From NCBI GenBank assembly GCA_035583355.1, contig DATEZQ010000011.1, forward strand, positions 19,648 through 83,647: DNA of 64,000 bases, in the 5' to 3' direction. Position numbers and translations under genes: made by a program. Numbering within the stretch: the stretch's first letter is position 1; every line of letters starts with the position of its first letter. Shown here piece after piece: positions 39,073 to 48,294 of the stretch. The notes below the pieces were generated by a model, which searched no databases, was not told the origin of the DNA, and was given only the letters and a program-made list of their open reading frames with translations. This stretch comes from Minisyncoccota bacterium (GTDB lineage: Bacteria > Patescibacteriota > Minisyncoccia > Phycocordibacterales > UBA6899).

Positions 39073-39493
39073 AAATGTATTGCGCATCAAGCTCATCATC
39101 GATAACTGCAGAATTCGCAAGTTCTTTTTTCTTGTAGAAGTCATGAACGATTTGACTTGCCGCATAAAGGTCGCCCATGGCAACACTTTCAATAAAGTCA
39201 CTGTAGAGGTCAGGATTGCTCTGTGCAAGTTCGCTCTCAAACGCATCGCGAAATTCGTGATAATGCGTCGTGAGGGAAAGCATCGCATCTTTGTCACCCT
39301 GTATTGCGCGTTCGCGTTCTGCTTGTTGTGCCTCGGGTAGAGAGTCGACAAAATATGCAAAGCAGGCATCATTCTCTGCTCTAAACATTGCAGTATGTTC
39401 CGGGGGCAGGCTTGCTAGTTCGTCTCCAAAGATTGCCTGCGCAAGCAGTTCATGGTGCTCATTATTGATTGTCGGTGTTTGCTCTTGCTGCAT
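39071..39493 (-). CDS. Hypothetical acidic protein
   Basis: 140-aa Asp/Glu-rich ORF. Overlaps the NUDIX gene's 3' end by 32 nt. Confidence 0.4.
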   Translation of the reverse strand: MQQEQTPTINNEHHELLAQAIFGDELASLPPEHTAMFRAENDACFAYFVDSLPEAQQAERERAIQGDKDAMLSLTTHYHEFRDAFESELAQSNPDLYSDFIESVAMGDLYAASQIVHDFYKKKELANSAVIDDELDAQYI

Positions 39494-40004
39494 ACTTCAG
39501 AATAAGGGGAGCGCTCTTTTCAAAGAACTCCTTGTCTTTCGGGTGAGTAAGAAGCGCCGCTACATCATGTAGAGGGACCCAGCGCGCTTCTGGATTGGCA
39601 GGATCGTGAGGATTCAGTTTCTCAGCGTCAGTGCGGAAGAGATACATAGTGATCGTACGCAATTCATCAGGATCATCACTATTTAGCTTTGTGCGCATAC
39701 GTTCATAGAAACCTAGTGGTGCCAGGAAATGCAGCTTCTCTGTAGGAATGCCTGTTTCTTCCCAAATCTCGCGGATAGCAGCATCTTTCGGCTCCTCTCC
39801 ACGCTCAACATGCCCTTTGGGGAGTGACCAAGAGTTATTGTTTTGATTGACCACGACAACGCCAAAATTTGGGTTGTAAATTATACCTCCAGCAATGTGA
39901 ATCATACGATTATAGTAGCATAGCTCAGCTATTCTGCATCCCCCGTGTGGGGTTAGCGTGCAGTGCAAGAAGTGGTGTAATACTTGTTCAATATTAAGCC
40001 CCAC
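39462..40004 (-). CDS. NUDIX hydrolase
   Basis: Nudix box GHVERGEEPKDAAIREIWEETGI. Confidence 0.75.
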   Translation of the reverse strand: MGLNIEQVLHHFLHCTLTPHGGCRIAELCYYNRMIHIAGGIIYNPNFGVVVVNQNNNSWSLPKGHVERGEEPKDAAIREIWEETGIPTEKLHFLAPLGFYERMRTKLNSDDPDELRTITMYLFRTDAEKLNPHDPANPEARWVPLHDVAALLTHPKDKEFFEKSAPLILKYAARANTDNQ

Positions 40005-40031
40005 CTACATTTCATATGATATAATATCTTC

Positions 40032-41504
40032 GTGAACGCACACGTCACACACCACAAGCTCTTTTTTGTTGTGGGTGCTTTGGCACTCTTTTTTGGAATG
40101 CGTGCATTCGCTCAAGACGCAAATCCTCCACAGATTTCGAATATTCAAATTGGGGGTCTGACTGCAACAAGTGCGGTCATTACGTGGGATACAGACAAGC
40201 CTGCAGATTCACAGATTAATTATTGTCTTACAAAAGATTACGGTATTGCGCGAGATCCTGGTGCAGACAAAACGAAGCATACAGTTACACTGATGGAGCT
40301 TGATCCATCAACACTCTACCACTTACGCGTGGGTTCTCAGGACTCTAGCGGCAACCAAGCACTTTCCGGTGACTACACACTTATTACTAAGGGTGCGCTT
40401 ACACTCAAGACCGAGCAACGGCTTTCACCTCAGGAAACTGCACATGTTGAGAAGGTGGTGCAGGAGATTCAGCAGATACAGACAACAGAGGCCTTAGAGA
40501 TTGTTCAGAAAGAATTAACGAAGGTTACAAAGCAGGTGGCGAAGCCCCCGTATATTATGGGTCCTCCACGTATCGCGGAGATTGGTATGGATTATGCCAT
40601 TGTTGCATGGGAGACGGACGATCCCGCATCTTCGATCATTGAGTATTCAAGAGAGAGTGAATATGACGTCGCTCGTCCTGATGCGTATAGTGCGCAGACT
40701 GAAGAGGGTGGTATGACGAAAGAGCACTCGGTGCGTATCGTTGGACTTGTCTCAGGTACAAACTATCACCTCCGTGCAGGATCGAAGAATTCTCTTAACC
40801 TTGTTGGATATTCGCGCGACGTTTCGTTTATGACGAAGTCACCGATTCCGACAGTGCAGAGCTTCCGTGTGATTAAGGCAGAAGCAGATAGTGCAACACT
40901 TGGTTGGAAGACGACTGTGCCTGCAGCGGGAATCGTTGAGTATACTGATATCAAAACGAAACAAGTACGCTCCGCTGGTTCGCCGGTGTTCGCATCGACG
41001 CAGGCAGTGAAGATCGCTGGTCTCAAGCTTGGCGCGCGCTATATGGCAGTCGTCAAAGCAGAAAATGCAGCAGGGGAGAAGGTGACGAGTGATCCGCTCT
41101 ACTTCTCTACCGTGAAAGATACGACTCCACCAATCATCAGTAAGGTGACGAATGAATCGACGTTGTATCCTACCGCAGAGGCAAAGGTGCAGACTATCGT
41201 CTCATGGGCGACTGATGAACCGGCATATTGTACCTATCACTATCGTGCAGGTCTCAATCCAAGCGTAGAAGCAACGAACTTCGAGGAAGAGAAGGAGCCT
41301 CGAACGAATCATGTTGAGGTTATTATCGAGTTCATGCCTTCAACGGTCTACCAGTTTTGGATGACCTGTCGCGATCCTTCGAGAAATGCGTCTGAATCTG
41401 AGAAATTCGTTTTGTTCACTCCAAATAAGGAGAAGAGCATTATTGATATTATTCTCGAGAACTTCCAAGGTGCGTTCGGTTGGGTCAAGAATATCGGTAA
41501 GTAA
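40032..41504 (+). CDS. Secreted protein with four fibronectin-III / purple-acid-phosphatase-N-like repeats
   Basis: Signal peptide. Four ~95-aa repeats, each with P-P-x-I..., a W..D motif (ITWDTD, VAWETDD, LGWKTT, VSWATDE) and Y-H-L/Y-x-V strands. Confidence 0.6.
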   Translation: MNAHVTHHKLFFVVGALALFFGMRAFAQDANPPQISNIQIGGLTATSAVITWDTDKPADSQINYCLTKDYGIARDPGADKTKHTVTLMELDPSTLYHLRVGSQDSSGNQALSGDYTLITKGALTLKTEQRLSPQETAHVEKVVQEIQQIQTTEALEIVQKELTKVTKQVAKPPYIMGPPRIAEIGMDYAIVAWETDDPASSIIEYSRESEYDVARPDAYSAQTEEGGMTKEHSVRIVGLVSGTNYHLRAGSKNSLNLVGYSRDVSFMTKSPIPTVQSFRVIKAEADSATLGWKTTVPAAGIVEYTDIKTKQVRSAGSPVFASTQAVKIAGLKLGARYMAVVKAENAAGEKVTSDPLYFSTVKDTTPPIISKVTNESTLYPTAEAKVQTIVSWATDEPAYCTYHYRAGLNPSVEATNFEEEKEPRTNHVEVIIEFMPSTVYQFWMTCRDPSRNASESEKFVLFTPNKEKSIIDIILENFQGAFGWVKNIGK

Positions 41505-41510
41505 TAAAAA

Positions 41511-41540
41511 GAAAACCGCTCCGGCGGTTTCTTTTTATTA
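41511..41540 (+). terminator. Rho-independent terminator
   Basis: gaaaaccgc-tccg-gcggtttctttttatt. Confidence 0.65.
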
Positions 41541-41576
41541 CTTACCGATTTCTTGCCCACTACTAGCGGCCGCGGC

Positions 41577-41676
41577 CTTTTTGCTCGGACCAGTCTCACG
41601 CTTCGCTCTCGTCGTACCACATGTACGTCGTCGAGCTCCAGCGAGGCTGTTGCGAGCAAAAATTCGCGCGGTTTCA
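41577..41676. repeat. Structured intergenic hairpin element, copy 4 (subfamily 2)
   Basis: ttttgctcgg...cgagcaaaa outer stem. Tip cgtac-cacat-gtacg. Conserved ctccagcgagg. 3' tail aaaattcgcgcggtttcat shared with copy 5. Preceded by the ggccgcggcc palindrome. Confidence 0.55.
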
Positions 41677-41790
41677 TGGTGTTGGTTATATGTAAATGCA
41701 TAATGCACAATTACAAAGTCAATTCACTTGCACGATATTTTGGGAGGAGTAATCTTATGTATAGAGAACCACTTTCCTAAGGAGGGAATC

Positions 41791-42222
41791 ATGTTCAGTC
41801 GAATGTTCTTCCGCACGCTTTTCGTCACGCTCCTTGTACTCGTGCTGCTCCCTTTGGTGGGATGCAGGGAGCCCGTGTACTATGCGGACACTGGTCCGCC
41901 ACCTGTCGTGTACACCGAGTATAATTATTTCGGTGTGCCGTATTACTACTGGTACTGGGGTGGCGTGCGCTATCATAGCTACCGTCATCCACATCGTCAT
42001 CATCACAGACATTACCCGATACTGCCACCGCCACATGTGCGTAGGCCTGCTCCGCATCGTTCCGTCGTGACCGATCCTCCAACAAGGGGAAGAGAGCTGC
42101 GTCGGCCAGAACGTCAGCAGTCTGCACCTCCTCCTCGTCTGCAGCAACAGCGGCCAGCATCTCCGCCGGCGGGAAGACCACAGGGGCGCGATGTGCAGCG
42201 TCCACGCGAGAGACCGCGCTAG
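41791..42222 (+). CDS. His/Tyr/Pro/Arg-rich putative lipoprotein
   Basis: AAGGAGGG Shine-Dalgarno 6 nt upstream of the ATG at 41791. Lipobox LLPLVGC. Low-complexity YYYWYWGGVRYHSYRHPHRHHHRHYPILPPPH followed by a Pro/Arg/Gln-rich tail. Confidence 0.5.
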   Translation: MFSRMFFRTLFVTLLVLVLLPLVGCREPVYYADTGPPPVVYTEYNYFGVPYYYWYWGGVRYHSYRHPHRHHHRHYPILPPPHVRRPAPHRSVVTDPPTRGRELRRPERQQSAPPPRLQQQRPASPPAGRPQGRDVQRPRERPR

Positions 42223-42230
42223 CTTTCTAA

Positions 42231-42284
42231 GGCACGCTACGCGTGCCTTTTTGTTGCAACAATAAAACCGCTTTCGCGGTTTTA
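42231..42284. terminator. Pair of terminator hairpins between convergent genes
   Basis: ggcacgc-tacgc-gtgccttttt and aaaaccgc-tttc-gcggtttt. Confidence 0.5.
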
Positions 42285-43265
42285 TTTCTTTGAAGATGCA
42301 TCGGGGGTGAACGTGATCGAGAACGAAGTTTGTTCGTCTGTTGTTGTTGCAACAAGTTCTACTCCAAGAAGATCAGCAAGTGCGCGTGCGACATGTGGTC
42401 CGAGTGATGAGCTCGTCATTTCTCCGGTTGTCGGATTCTTGCTTACTCGCTCAAAAATGTCTTTGCGCATGTGCTCAGGCACTGGTGGTGCATTGTCAGC
42501 AATAATAATACGTGCCATTACTGCTTCTCCAGTGTTAAGAGTGAATGCGCGTAGGCTGATTGCATCTGAGGCACCACGTGTACGCTCGAGTGAGTAGGTG
42601 TAGAGTGACTGCAAGATATCAGCGAGGATGATGTGATCAGTGCTGATAATGATTGGCTCAGGGGGTGGGACGTACACAACTTGTGTTCCATGCGCCTTAG
42701 TGCGGCGTGCGGTGATTGTGAGTAGATTGTTGATGACCGCATTGATATCAGTTTGTGCGCGAGAGATGACAATCTCTTTGCGTTCAATACGCGCAAGGAG
42801 GGTCAGGTTGCGCACGACATCAAGGACATGGTCATTGCGATCTCGTATACGCATCAACGTTTGTTGCTCGAGCTTGCCAAGCAAGTCAAGAGAGGGTTCA
42901 AGTGTGCGAATGCCCCATTTGATCGCTGTGCTTGCCTCGGCGATATCTCTTGATGCGATATGGGTGTACTCGTTGCGTAATTCCTCCATTTCGTGCTGAT
43001 GCTCACGGCCCTCCTCGATGCGTTCAATGTTTCGCTGTAGACGATTGATAATAAGGAAGAAAAGGAGGAGTAATGTTGCAGCAAGGCTTATCTCTACAAC
43101 GAGAGCAAGATACGCATCATGCATGCGGTCAGTGAATCGGTGGACAATAAGGATGATCGCGACAGTGAGCGCGCCCAAAAATACACTCGCAAATGATGGA
43201 CAGCGATAGAAGGGAATATTCAAGCGTTTACAGGACGAAAAAGCAGAAAGCTTAGAGGACTTCAT
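42282..43265 (-). CDS. Membrane sensor histidine kinase
   Basis: Two N-terminal TM segments. H-box region (LARIERKEI...). HATPase_c motifs (ARIIIADNAPPVPEHMRKDIFERV; GLGPHVARALADLLGVELVA). Confidence 0.7.
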   Translation of the reverse strand: MKSSKLSAFSSCKRLNIPFYRCPSFASVFLGALTVAIILIVHRFTDRMHDAYLALVVEISLAATLLLLFFLIINRLQRNIERIEEGREHQHEMEELRNEYTHIASRDIAEASTAIKWGIRTLEPSLDLLGKLEQQTLMRIRDRNDHVLDVVRNLTLLARIERKEIVISRAQTDINAVINNLLTITARRTKAHGTQVVYVPPPEPIIISTDHIILADILQSLYTYSLERTRGASDAISLRAFTLNTGEAVMARIIIADNAPPVPEHMRKDIFERVSKNPTTGEMTSSSLGPHVARALADLLGVELVATTTDEQTSFSITFTPDASSKK

Positions 43266-43368
43266 TGGATATATTATACGTCTTCATATGCCCTCGGGCA
43301 AGTGGAAGAACAATTGGTTAGTTACTTCATGCTGGTACTGTAAAGGGAAGCCTTGGTACAATGTCACT

Positions 43369-44697
43369 ATGGCAAAACCGATCGTATATATCGATCATGT
43401 TGAGATCACTTACAACCTCGGTCAAGAGAACGAGTTCAAGGCGAATAAAGGAACGACGCTCGAGGTGTTTGATCAAGAGTACATTATTTTATTTGGTCCC
43501 TCAGGATGTGGAAAGTCGACGCTGCTCTACTCTATTTTTGGCGTGCTCGCTCCGAGCGCGGGAAAGATGTATGTGAATGGTGAATCGATATACGACTACG
43601 CTCCAATGGACATGGTGTACTTCCAGCGCAAGACGATGGGAATCATGTACCAACAGTTTAATCTTATTCCATCAATTACTGTGCTCGATAATGTCGCACT
43701 CCCGTTGATCTTTGATGGTGTTGGTCCGCGCGAACGTGAAATCCGAGCAATGGAATTGTGTAAGCGTTTTACTGTAGATAAGGTTGTAGACAAGTTGCCG
43801 ACTCACCTTTCGGGAGGTCAGCAGCAGCGTGTTTCTGCTGCACGTTCCCTAGTGAATGATCCGCAGATTCTTATCGCCGATGAGCCGGTTGGAAATCTCG
43901 ACTCAGTGACCGCAGCAGCAGTCATGGCTACGCTCGATGAGATCAACCAACGCGACAAGAAGACAATTTTCCTTGTTACGCACGATGCAAAGCTGCTTCC
44001 TCGCGCACATCGCGTGGTCTATCTTGATGATGGAAGGGTGCTCAGGGTGGTGCCTAATCCCGAGAAGGAACAGATTGTGAAACTTGAGGCGGGATCCACA
44101 ATCATAACGGAGATTGAGCAGGTGGCACGCATTTATCCTTATGATAGCCCAAGGGAGTTGCAGGCGAAGAGTTTGATCAACTTTCTTACCGAAGAGCTTT
44201 CATTCGATCAGATATTGAAGTTACAGAAATTGACGGAGCAGGTTATTGAGGGTCGTTTGGATTATCCACAGTACATGCAAATCTTGATGCGCAGCGAGCA
44301 TGATGGAGGAATCGGTATTCCTGTTGCGCGCGCAGGCATTATGGTTGATCGACTAAAGCTCATCATTGAGCATGCACATGACGTCGAGCGCTATCGTCGA
44401 GCAACATCAAAAGATGGTTCGGAGACATATGTACGCAATACTGAATACGTCAATCGTATCGCTGAGTTTCTTGCCACACAGGCTGCACTCGCGCTCGATG
44501 ATAAGGCGAAATTGATGTTTGAGGATATCATCAAGCAGCGTATAGGAGGATTTACGCGTAAGGAGGATTTCCTCGCACAAATTCAGATGAAAGTAGAAGA
44601 TGGCGGTGTCGGAATGCATGCGAAGCAAGCATTTGACGTTACTCGATTGATAGAGAAATTGATTGCACTCGGTATTCAGCGTACTGCTCACCATTAA
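43369..44697 (+). CDS. ABC transporter ATP-binding protein (MacB/FtsE-like) with ~240-aa C-terminal extension
   Basis: Walker A GPSGCGKSTL, signature LSGGQQQRVSAARSL, Walker B ILIADEPVGNLD. ATG at 43369 (MAKPIVYIDHVEITY). The C-terminal half has no recognisable domain. Confidence 0.8.
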   Translation: MAKPIVYIDHVEITYNLGQENEFKANKGTTLEVFDQEYIILFGPSGCGKSTLLYSIFGVLAPSAGKMYVNGESIYDYAPMDMVYFQRKTMGIMYQQFNLIPSITVLDNVALPLIFDGVGPREREIRAMELCKRFTVDKVVDKLPTHLSGGQQQRVSAARSLVNDPQILIADEPVGNLDSVTAAAVMATLDEINQRDKKTIFLVTHDAKLLPRAHRVVYLDDGRVLRVVPNPEKEQIVKLEAGSTIITEIEQVARIYPYDSPRELQAKSLINFLTEELSFDQILKLQKLTEQVIEGRLDYPQYMQILMRSEHDGGIGIPVARAGIMVDRLKLIIEHAHDVERYRRATSKDGSETYVRNTEYVNRIAEFLATQAALALDDKAKLMFEDIIKQRIGGFTRKEDFLAQIQMKVEDGGVGMHAKQAFDVTRLIEKLIALGIQRTAHH

Positions 44698-44708
44698 AAT
44701 ACATACTT

Positions 44709-45917
44709 ATGAGATTACATGATATCGGAAAACTTTCGACGCGTATGTTCAAGACGAACCCTGCGCGTACATGGCTGACCATCGCGGGTATGGGCATCGG
44801 TACGGGGGCAGTCGTGACACTCGTTGCGCTTGGTTTTGGTATGCAGAATATCATTCTTGAGCAGATCGTCTTTGGTGAGACATTGCTCTCGCTCTCTGTG
44901 TCTGCGCCGCTGACGAGAGGTGTTCCGCTCAATGATGCGGCACTTGCAAGCTTCCGCTCCATGCCACACGTCAAAGATGTTGCAGGAATGGCGCAATTCC
45001 CAACACTCATTTCAATGAAGGGACTTACGGGAAATGCATTCGTCCAAGGTGTTGATCCTGCATACTATCGTTATACGGGAGCAAGTGCTGTTGCAGGAGA
45101 ATTGCATACTGATAAGAACAAGAACGCGACGAGTGACGGCGTAGTGCTTACGAAAGCATTGCTCAAGCTATTTGAGATAAAGGAGCCGAAGGATGCAATT
45201 GGTCAAATTGTGACGTTCCGTGTACTTGTGCCTGTTGATGAGACAGGTGATATGCAGGAGGTACCTATCGAGCGTAACTATCGTGTCGTTGGCGTGTCTA
45301 ATGACGATGCGTTCATATCAGCATTTATGCAGCTTACTGAGCTCCGCAACTATGTGCAGATTGCACAATATGAAAAGGCTCAGGTACGCGTAGTATCGAG
45401 CGAGTTTCTTCCAGCAACCACCGCGCTTGTTATTGCAAAAGGATTTATGGTGACCGCACTCAGCAAGACCGTCGATCAAGCAAACAAGATCTTTAGTGGT
45501 ATCCAGGTCGTCCTTGCGGTCTTTGGTAGTATCGCGCTTGCGGTTTCTGCGATTGGTATGTTCAATACGATGACCGTTACATTGCTTGAGCGCACAAAAG
45601 AGATTGGTATCATGCGTACGCTTGGAGCTTCTGCTCAAGACATTAAGATTCTCTTCCTGTCTGAATCAGTCATCGTGGGCTTCCTTGGGGGTATCATGGG
45701 AATTGTCTTCGGACTAGTGATTGGAGGGACACTGAATGGGCTCGTTAATCTTGCGGCAGCAAGTTTCGGTGGGAAATCGATGTCACTATTTTCTTTTCCA
45801 ATCCCATTCCTTGTATTCATTGCGACATTCTCAGCATTGGTGGGATTCATGACAGGAGTCTTCCCAGCAGTGCGTGCATCGAAGCTCTCTCCGCTTGATG
45901 CTATGAGGTACGGATAA
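44709..45917 (+). CDS. ABC transporter permease, FtsX/MacB family
   Basis: N-terminal TM, a large extracytoplasmic domain, and a C-terminal FtsX 3-TM bundle (IGIMRTLGASAQDIKILFLSESVIVGFLGGIMGIV). Confidence 0.7.
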   Translation: MRLHDIGKLSTRMFKTNPARTWLTIAGMGIGTGAVVTLVALGFGMQNIILEQIVFGETLLSLSVSAPLTRGVPLNDAALASFRSMPHVKDVAGMAQFPTLISMKGLTGNAFVQGVDPAYYRYTGASAVAGELHTDKNKNATSDGVVLTKALLKLFEIKEPKDAIGQIVTFRVLVPVDETGDMQEVPIERNYRVVGVSNDDAFISAFMQLTELRNYVQIAQYEKAQVRVVSSEFLPATTALVIAKGFMVTALSKTVDQANKIFSGIQVVLAVFGSIALAVSAIGMFNTMTVTLLERTKEIGIMRTLGASAQDIKILFLSESVIVGFLGGIMGIVFGLVIGGTLNGLVNLAAASFGGKSMSLFSFPIPFLVFIATFSALVGFMTGVFPAVRASKLSPLDAMRYG

Positions 45918-45918
45918 T

Positions 45919-45945
45919 TAAAAATACGGCTCTGCCGTATTTTTA
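45919..45945 (+). terminator. Rho-independent terminator
   Basis: aaaaatacggc-tct-gccgtattttt. Confidence 0.65.
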
Positions 45946-45975
45946 ATTATTCCTTAGCGTATTGTGAGCCGCGGT

Positions 45976-46074
45976 TATTTTGTCAGGATCGCTCGCTTTT
46001 CGCCCTCGCCGTACCATCGTACGTCGTCGGGCTCCAAAGCTGAGCGCTGCTGACAAAATTCCGCGCGGTTTCAT
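45976..46074. repeat. Structured intergenic hairpin element, copy 5 (subfamily 2)
   Basis: attttgtcagg...ctgacaaaat outer stem, which covaries with copy 4's ttttgctcgg/cgagcaaaa. Tip ccgtac-catc-gtacg. 3' tail aaaattccgcgcggtttcat. Confidence 0.55.
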
Positions 46075-46259
46075 ATATCGAGGGTGAGTGGCTTCGAAGC
46101 TAATGCAAAATTCACATTCGAAGACTCATAAAATGCATGGCGGGGGAGTCATGGTTGGGAAATAGCAAGTAAGAAAAGACTTTTTGAGGAGTCGACTGTG
46201 GATAAGATGCAAGCTAATTGCACTTGTATGGTGTATAATAATGTTAATAATCTGCATAT

Positions 46260-48158
46260 ATGGACGGGAAATTATTTCATTGGGGGACAGCAGGTAAGAT
46301 TACGGTAGCAACCGGAATTTTTGCTTTGCTCACACTTATCGCGGTGTCGACCGTTGGTGTATTTAGTATGCAAGCTTCAGCGGGTGGCACTGGTGCAGCA
46401 ACCTCAACAGTGAAGGTGCTCAACACTCCTCCTCGTTTTAATGCAGCTCCTCGCGAAGTTGTTATTTCAGCAACGACAACACCAACGCTTAACGGCTCAG
46501 TTGTTGTCTGGTCAGCAGATGCATATGACAGCTCAAGCAATAACATTTATTTGCTCATCTGTAGGACAAATGGAGCTCCAACTGCAACTACCTCTGCACA
46601 GCCTGTTTGTGCTGGCGGCGCAGGCAATAACCTTGCAGTCACAAGCGGTACTCCTCCAGCGCCAGTCTATCCAGCAACTGCAATAGTGTATGCGACTTCA
46701 AGTCCAATTACAGATAATGTAAATGAGACGATACAATGGTATGCATTCGTTTGCGATGATGTCGTAGGCTTGCCTAAGTGCTCAAAGGTAACTGATCCAT
46801 TGATTCAGGGTGCTCTCCCAAATCCTGAGGCCTCACCACTTGTTATCAATCATCCTCATACATTTAGCTTAATAACAAATAACGGACCAAGAGATCCAGG
46901 TCAGGCAATTACCTTCACTGCTTCGTCAACTGAGGTTACGCATCAGGACACCATCAATGGCCCTGACCTTGCAACGCTCTTTCTCTGTAAGGCACCTGAC
47001 TTCACCGGAAGTGATTGTGGGCCAGGAGGTAAATGGGCTTCATCGACCGTAGCCGTACAGACTAATCCGACTGCAGGGTGGACATTTACTATTCCAATGG
47101 TAAATGGTGCGACGACAACCTATCCATATATTCTCGACAGTCGCCAGCAGCAGGCAATAGGTGCAGCGCAGGGTTCCTCGACGACCTTTACGGTCAATAA
47201 TGTTGCGCCAACAATCGTTCCTGGTACTATCGCGCTTATCGATCAATTCGCAAGTACATCGCTCAAGCTCGTCGTTGAGAAGGGTGAGACACCAAACTTC
47301 AAGCTCTCATTCCAGGTTCAGGATAATAACTCCTGCAAGACCGCAGCGGGTGGCAATCAAGCATCTAGCACAGCGATTACGGTCTACCGTAGTGGTTATG
47401 CAGATGCGTCATGTAATGGGCTCGCAAATGGCCAGCACAACTACAACAGCTGCTATTCAAGCGCCGATGCAAGTGCAACATGGAATGTAACTTGTGCACC
47501 TGATCCAACATATATGTCAGACACTTGTGCAGGAACTGGTGACACAACAGTGGCTTGGTCTTGTTCTTTCCCACTATGGTACACAACGGATCCTACAGAC
47601 TTTGGTTCACCATGGTCAGGAGAGCAGATGAAGGTAAATATCATTCCTATGGATAGCTCAGGAGCTACAACCTCAAACTTGAGATTGACTGGTTCTGAGA
47701 TGAATATTCTTTCTGCGCTCGGTCTCACTGCAAATACCTTTAGTTTCGGTGGTTGGGAGCCTGGTCAAGGAAATACGAATCTCGGTGTTGACGATTTAGG
47801 CGCAACGACTTCGTTGCTCCAAATTCAAGCAACGGGTAACGCATCCCTTGATACGAATATTTCGGGTACAGACATGTGTGTAGGCTATCCAGCATGTTCA
47901 GGATTGCCTGGTGACACGATTCCTGCGGGTCAGGAGCGTTATGCGACGAGCACCGTGCTTTATGCAAGTGGTATTACGCTCGCAACAACAACACCAAAAT
48001 TCTTTGATTTCAATATTCTTAAGTCAACTTCAACCTCAACGCCAAGTATGGGTACACTCTACTGGGGTATAACCGTGCCTGCAGCAATTACCGTTTCGGG
48101 TGACTATAAGGGTCAAAATGCAATTGATGCAGTGGTGAATGCCTCTGCCATCTGGTAA
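46260..48158 (+). CDS. Large secreted Thr/Ser/Gly/Ala-rich surface protein
   Basis: N-terminal signal-anchor ITVATGIFALLTLIAVSTVGVFSMQASA. 632 aa, low in charged residues, several Cys pairs. No recognised domain. Confidence 0.5.
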   Translation: MDGKLFHWGTAGKITVATGIFALLTLIAVSTVGVFSMQASAGGTGAATSTVKVLNTPPRFNAAPREVVISATTTPTLNGSVVVWSADAYDSSSNNIYLLICRTNGAPTATTSAQPVCAGGAGNNLAVTSGTPPAPVYPATAIVYATSSPITDNVNETIQWYAFVCDDVVGLPKCSKVTDPLIQGALPNPEASPLVINHPHTFSLITNNGPRDPGQAITFTASSTEVTHQDTINGPDLATLFLCKAPDFTGSDCGPGGKWASSTVAVQTNPTAGWTFTIPMVNGATTTYPYILDSRQQQAIGAAQGSSTTFTVNNVAPTIVPGTIALIDQFASTSLKLVVEKGETPNFKLSFQVQDNNSCKTAAGGNQASSTAITVYRSGYADASCNGLANGQHNYNSCYSSADASATWNVTCAPDPTYMSDTCAGTGDTTVAWSCSFPLWYTTDPTDFGSPWSGEQMKVNIIPMDSSGATTSNLRLTGSEMNILSALGLTANTFSFGGWEPGQGNTNLGVDDLGATTSLLQIQATGNASLDTNISGTDMCVGYPACSGLPGDTIPAGQERYATSTVLYASGITLATTTPKFFDFNILKSTSTSTPSMGTLYWGITVPAAITVSGDYKGQNAIDAVVNASAIW

Positions 48159-48159
48159 C

Positions 48160-48188
48160 AAAAAACCGCTTCGGCGGTTTTTTTGTTC
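48160..48188 (+). terminator. Rho-independent terminator
   Basis: aaaaaaccgc-ttcg-gcggtttttttg. Confidence 0.7.
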
Positions 48189-48294
48189 CATGGCTTGGTT
48201 GCAGGTGTAATTGCAATTTTGTAATCACATCTTATACACATTCTGTGAGTAGCGTTGTCTGTTAAAGGATGATAAAATACACACAAGCACACAC

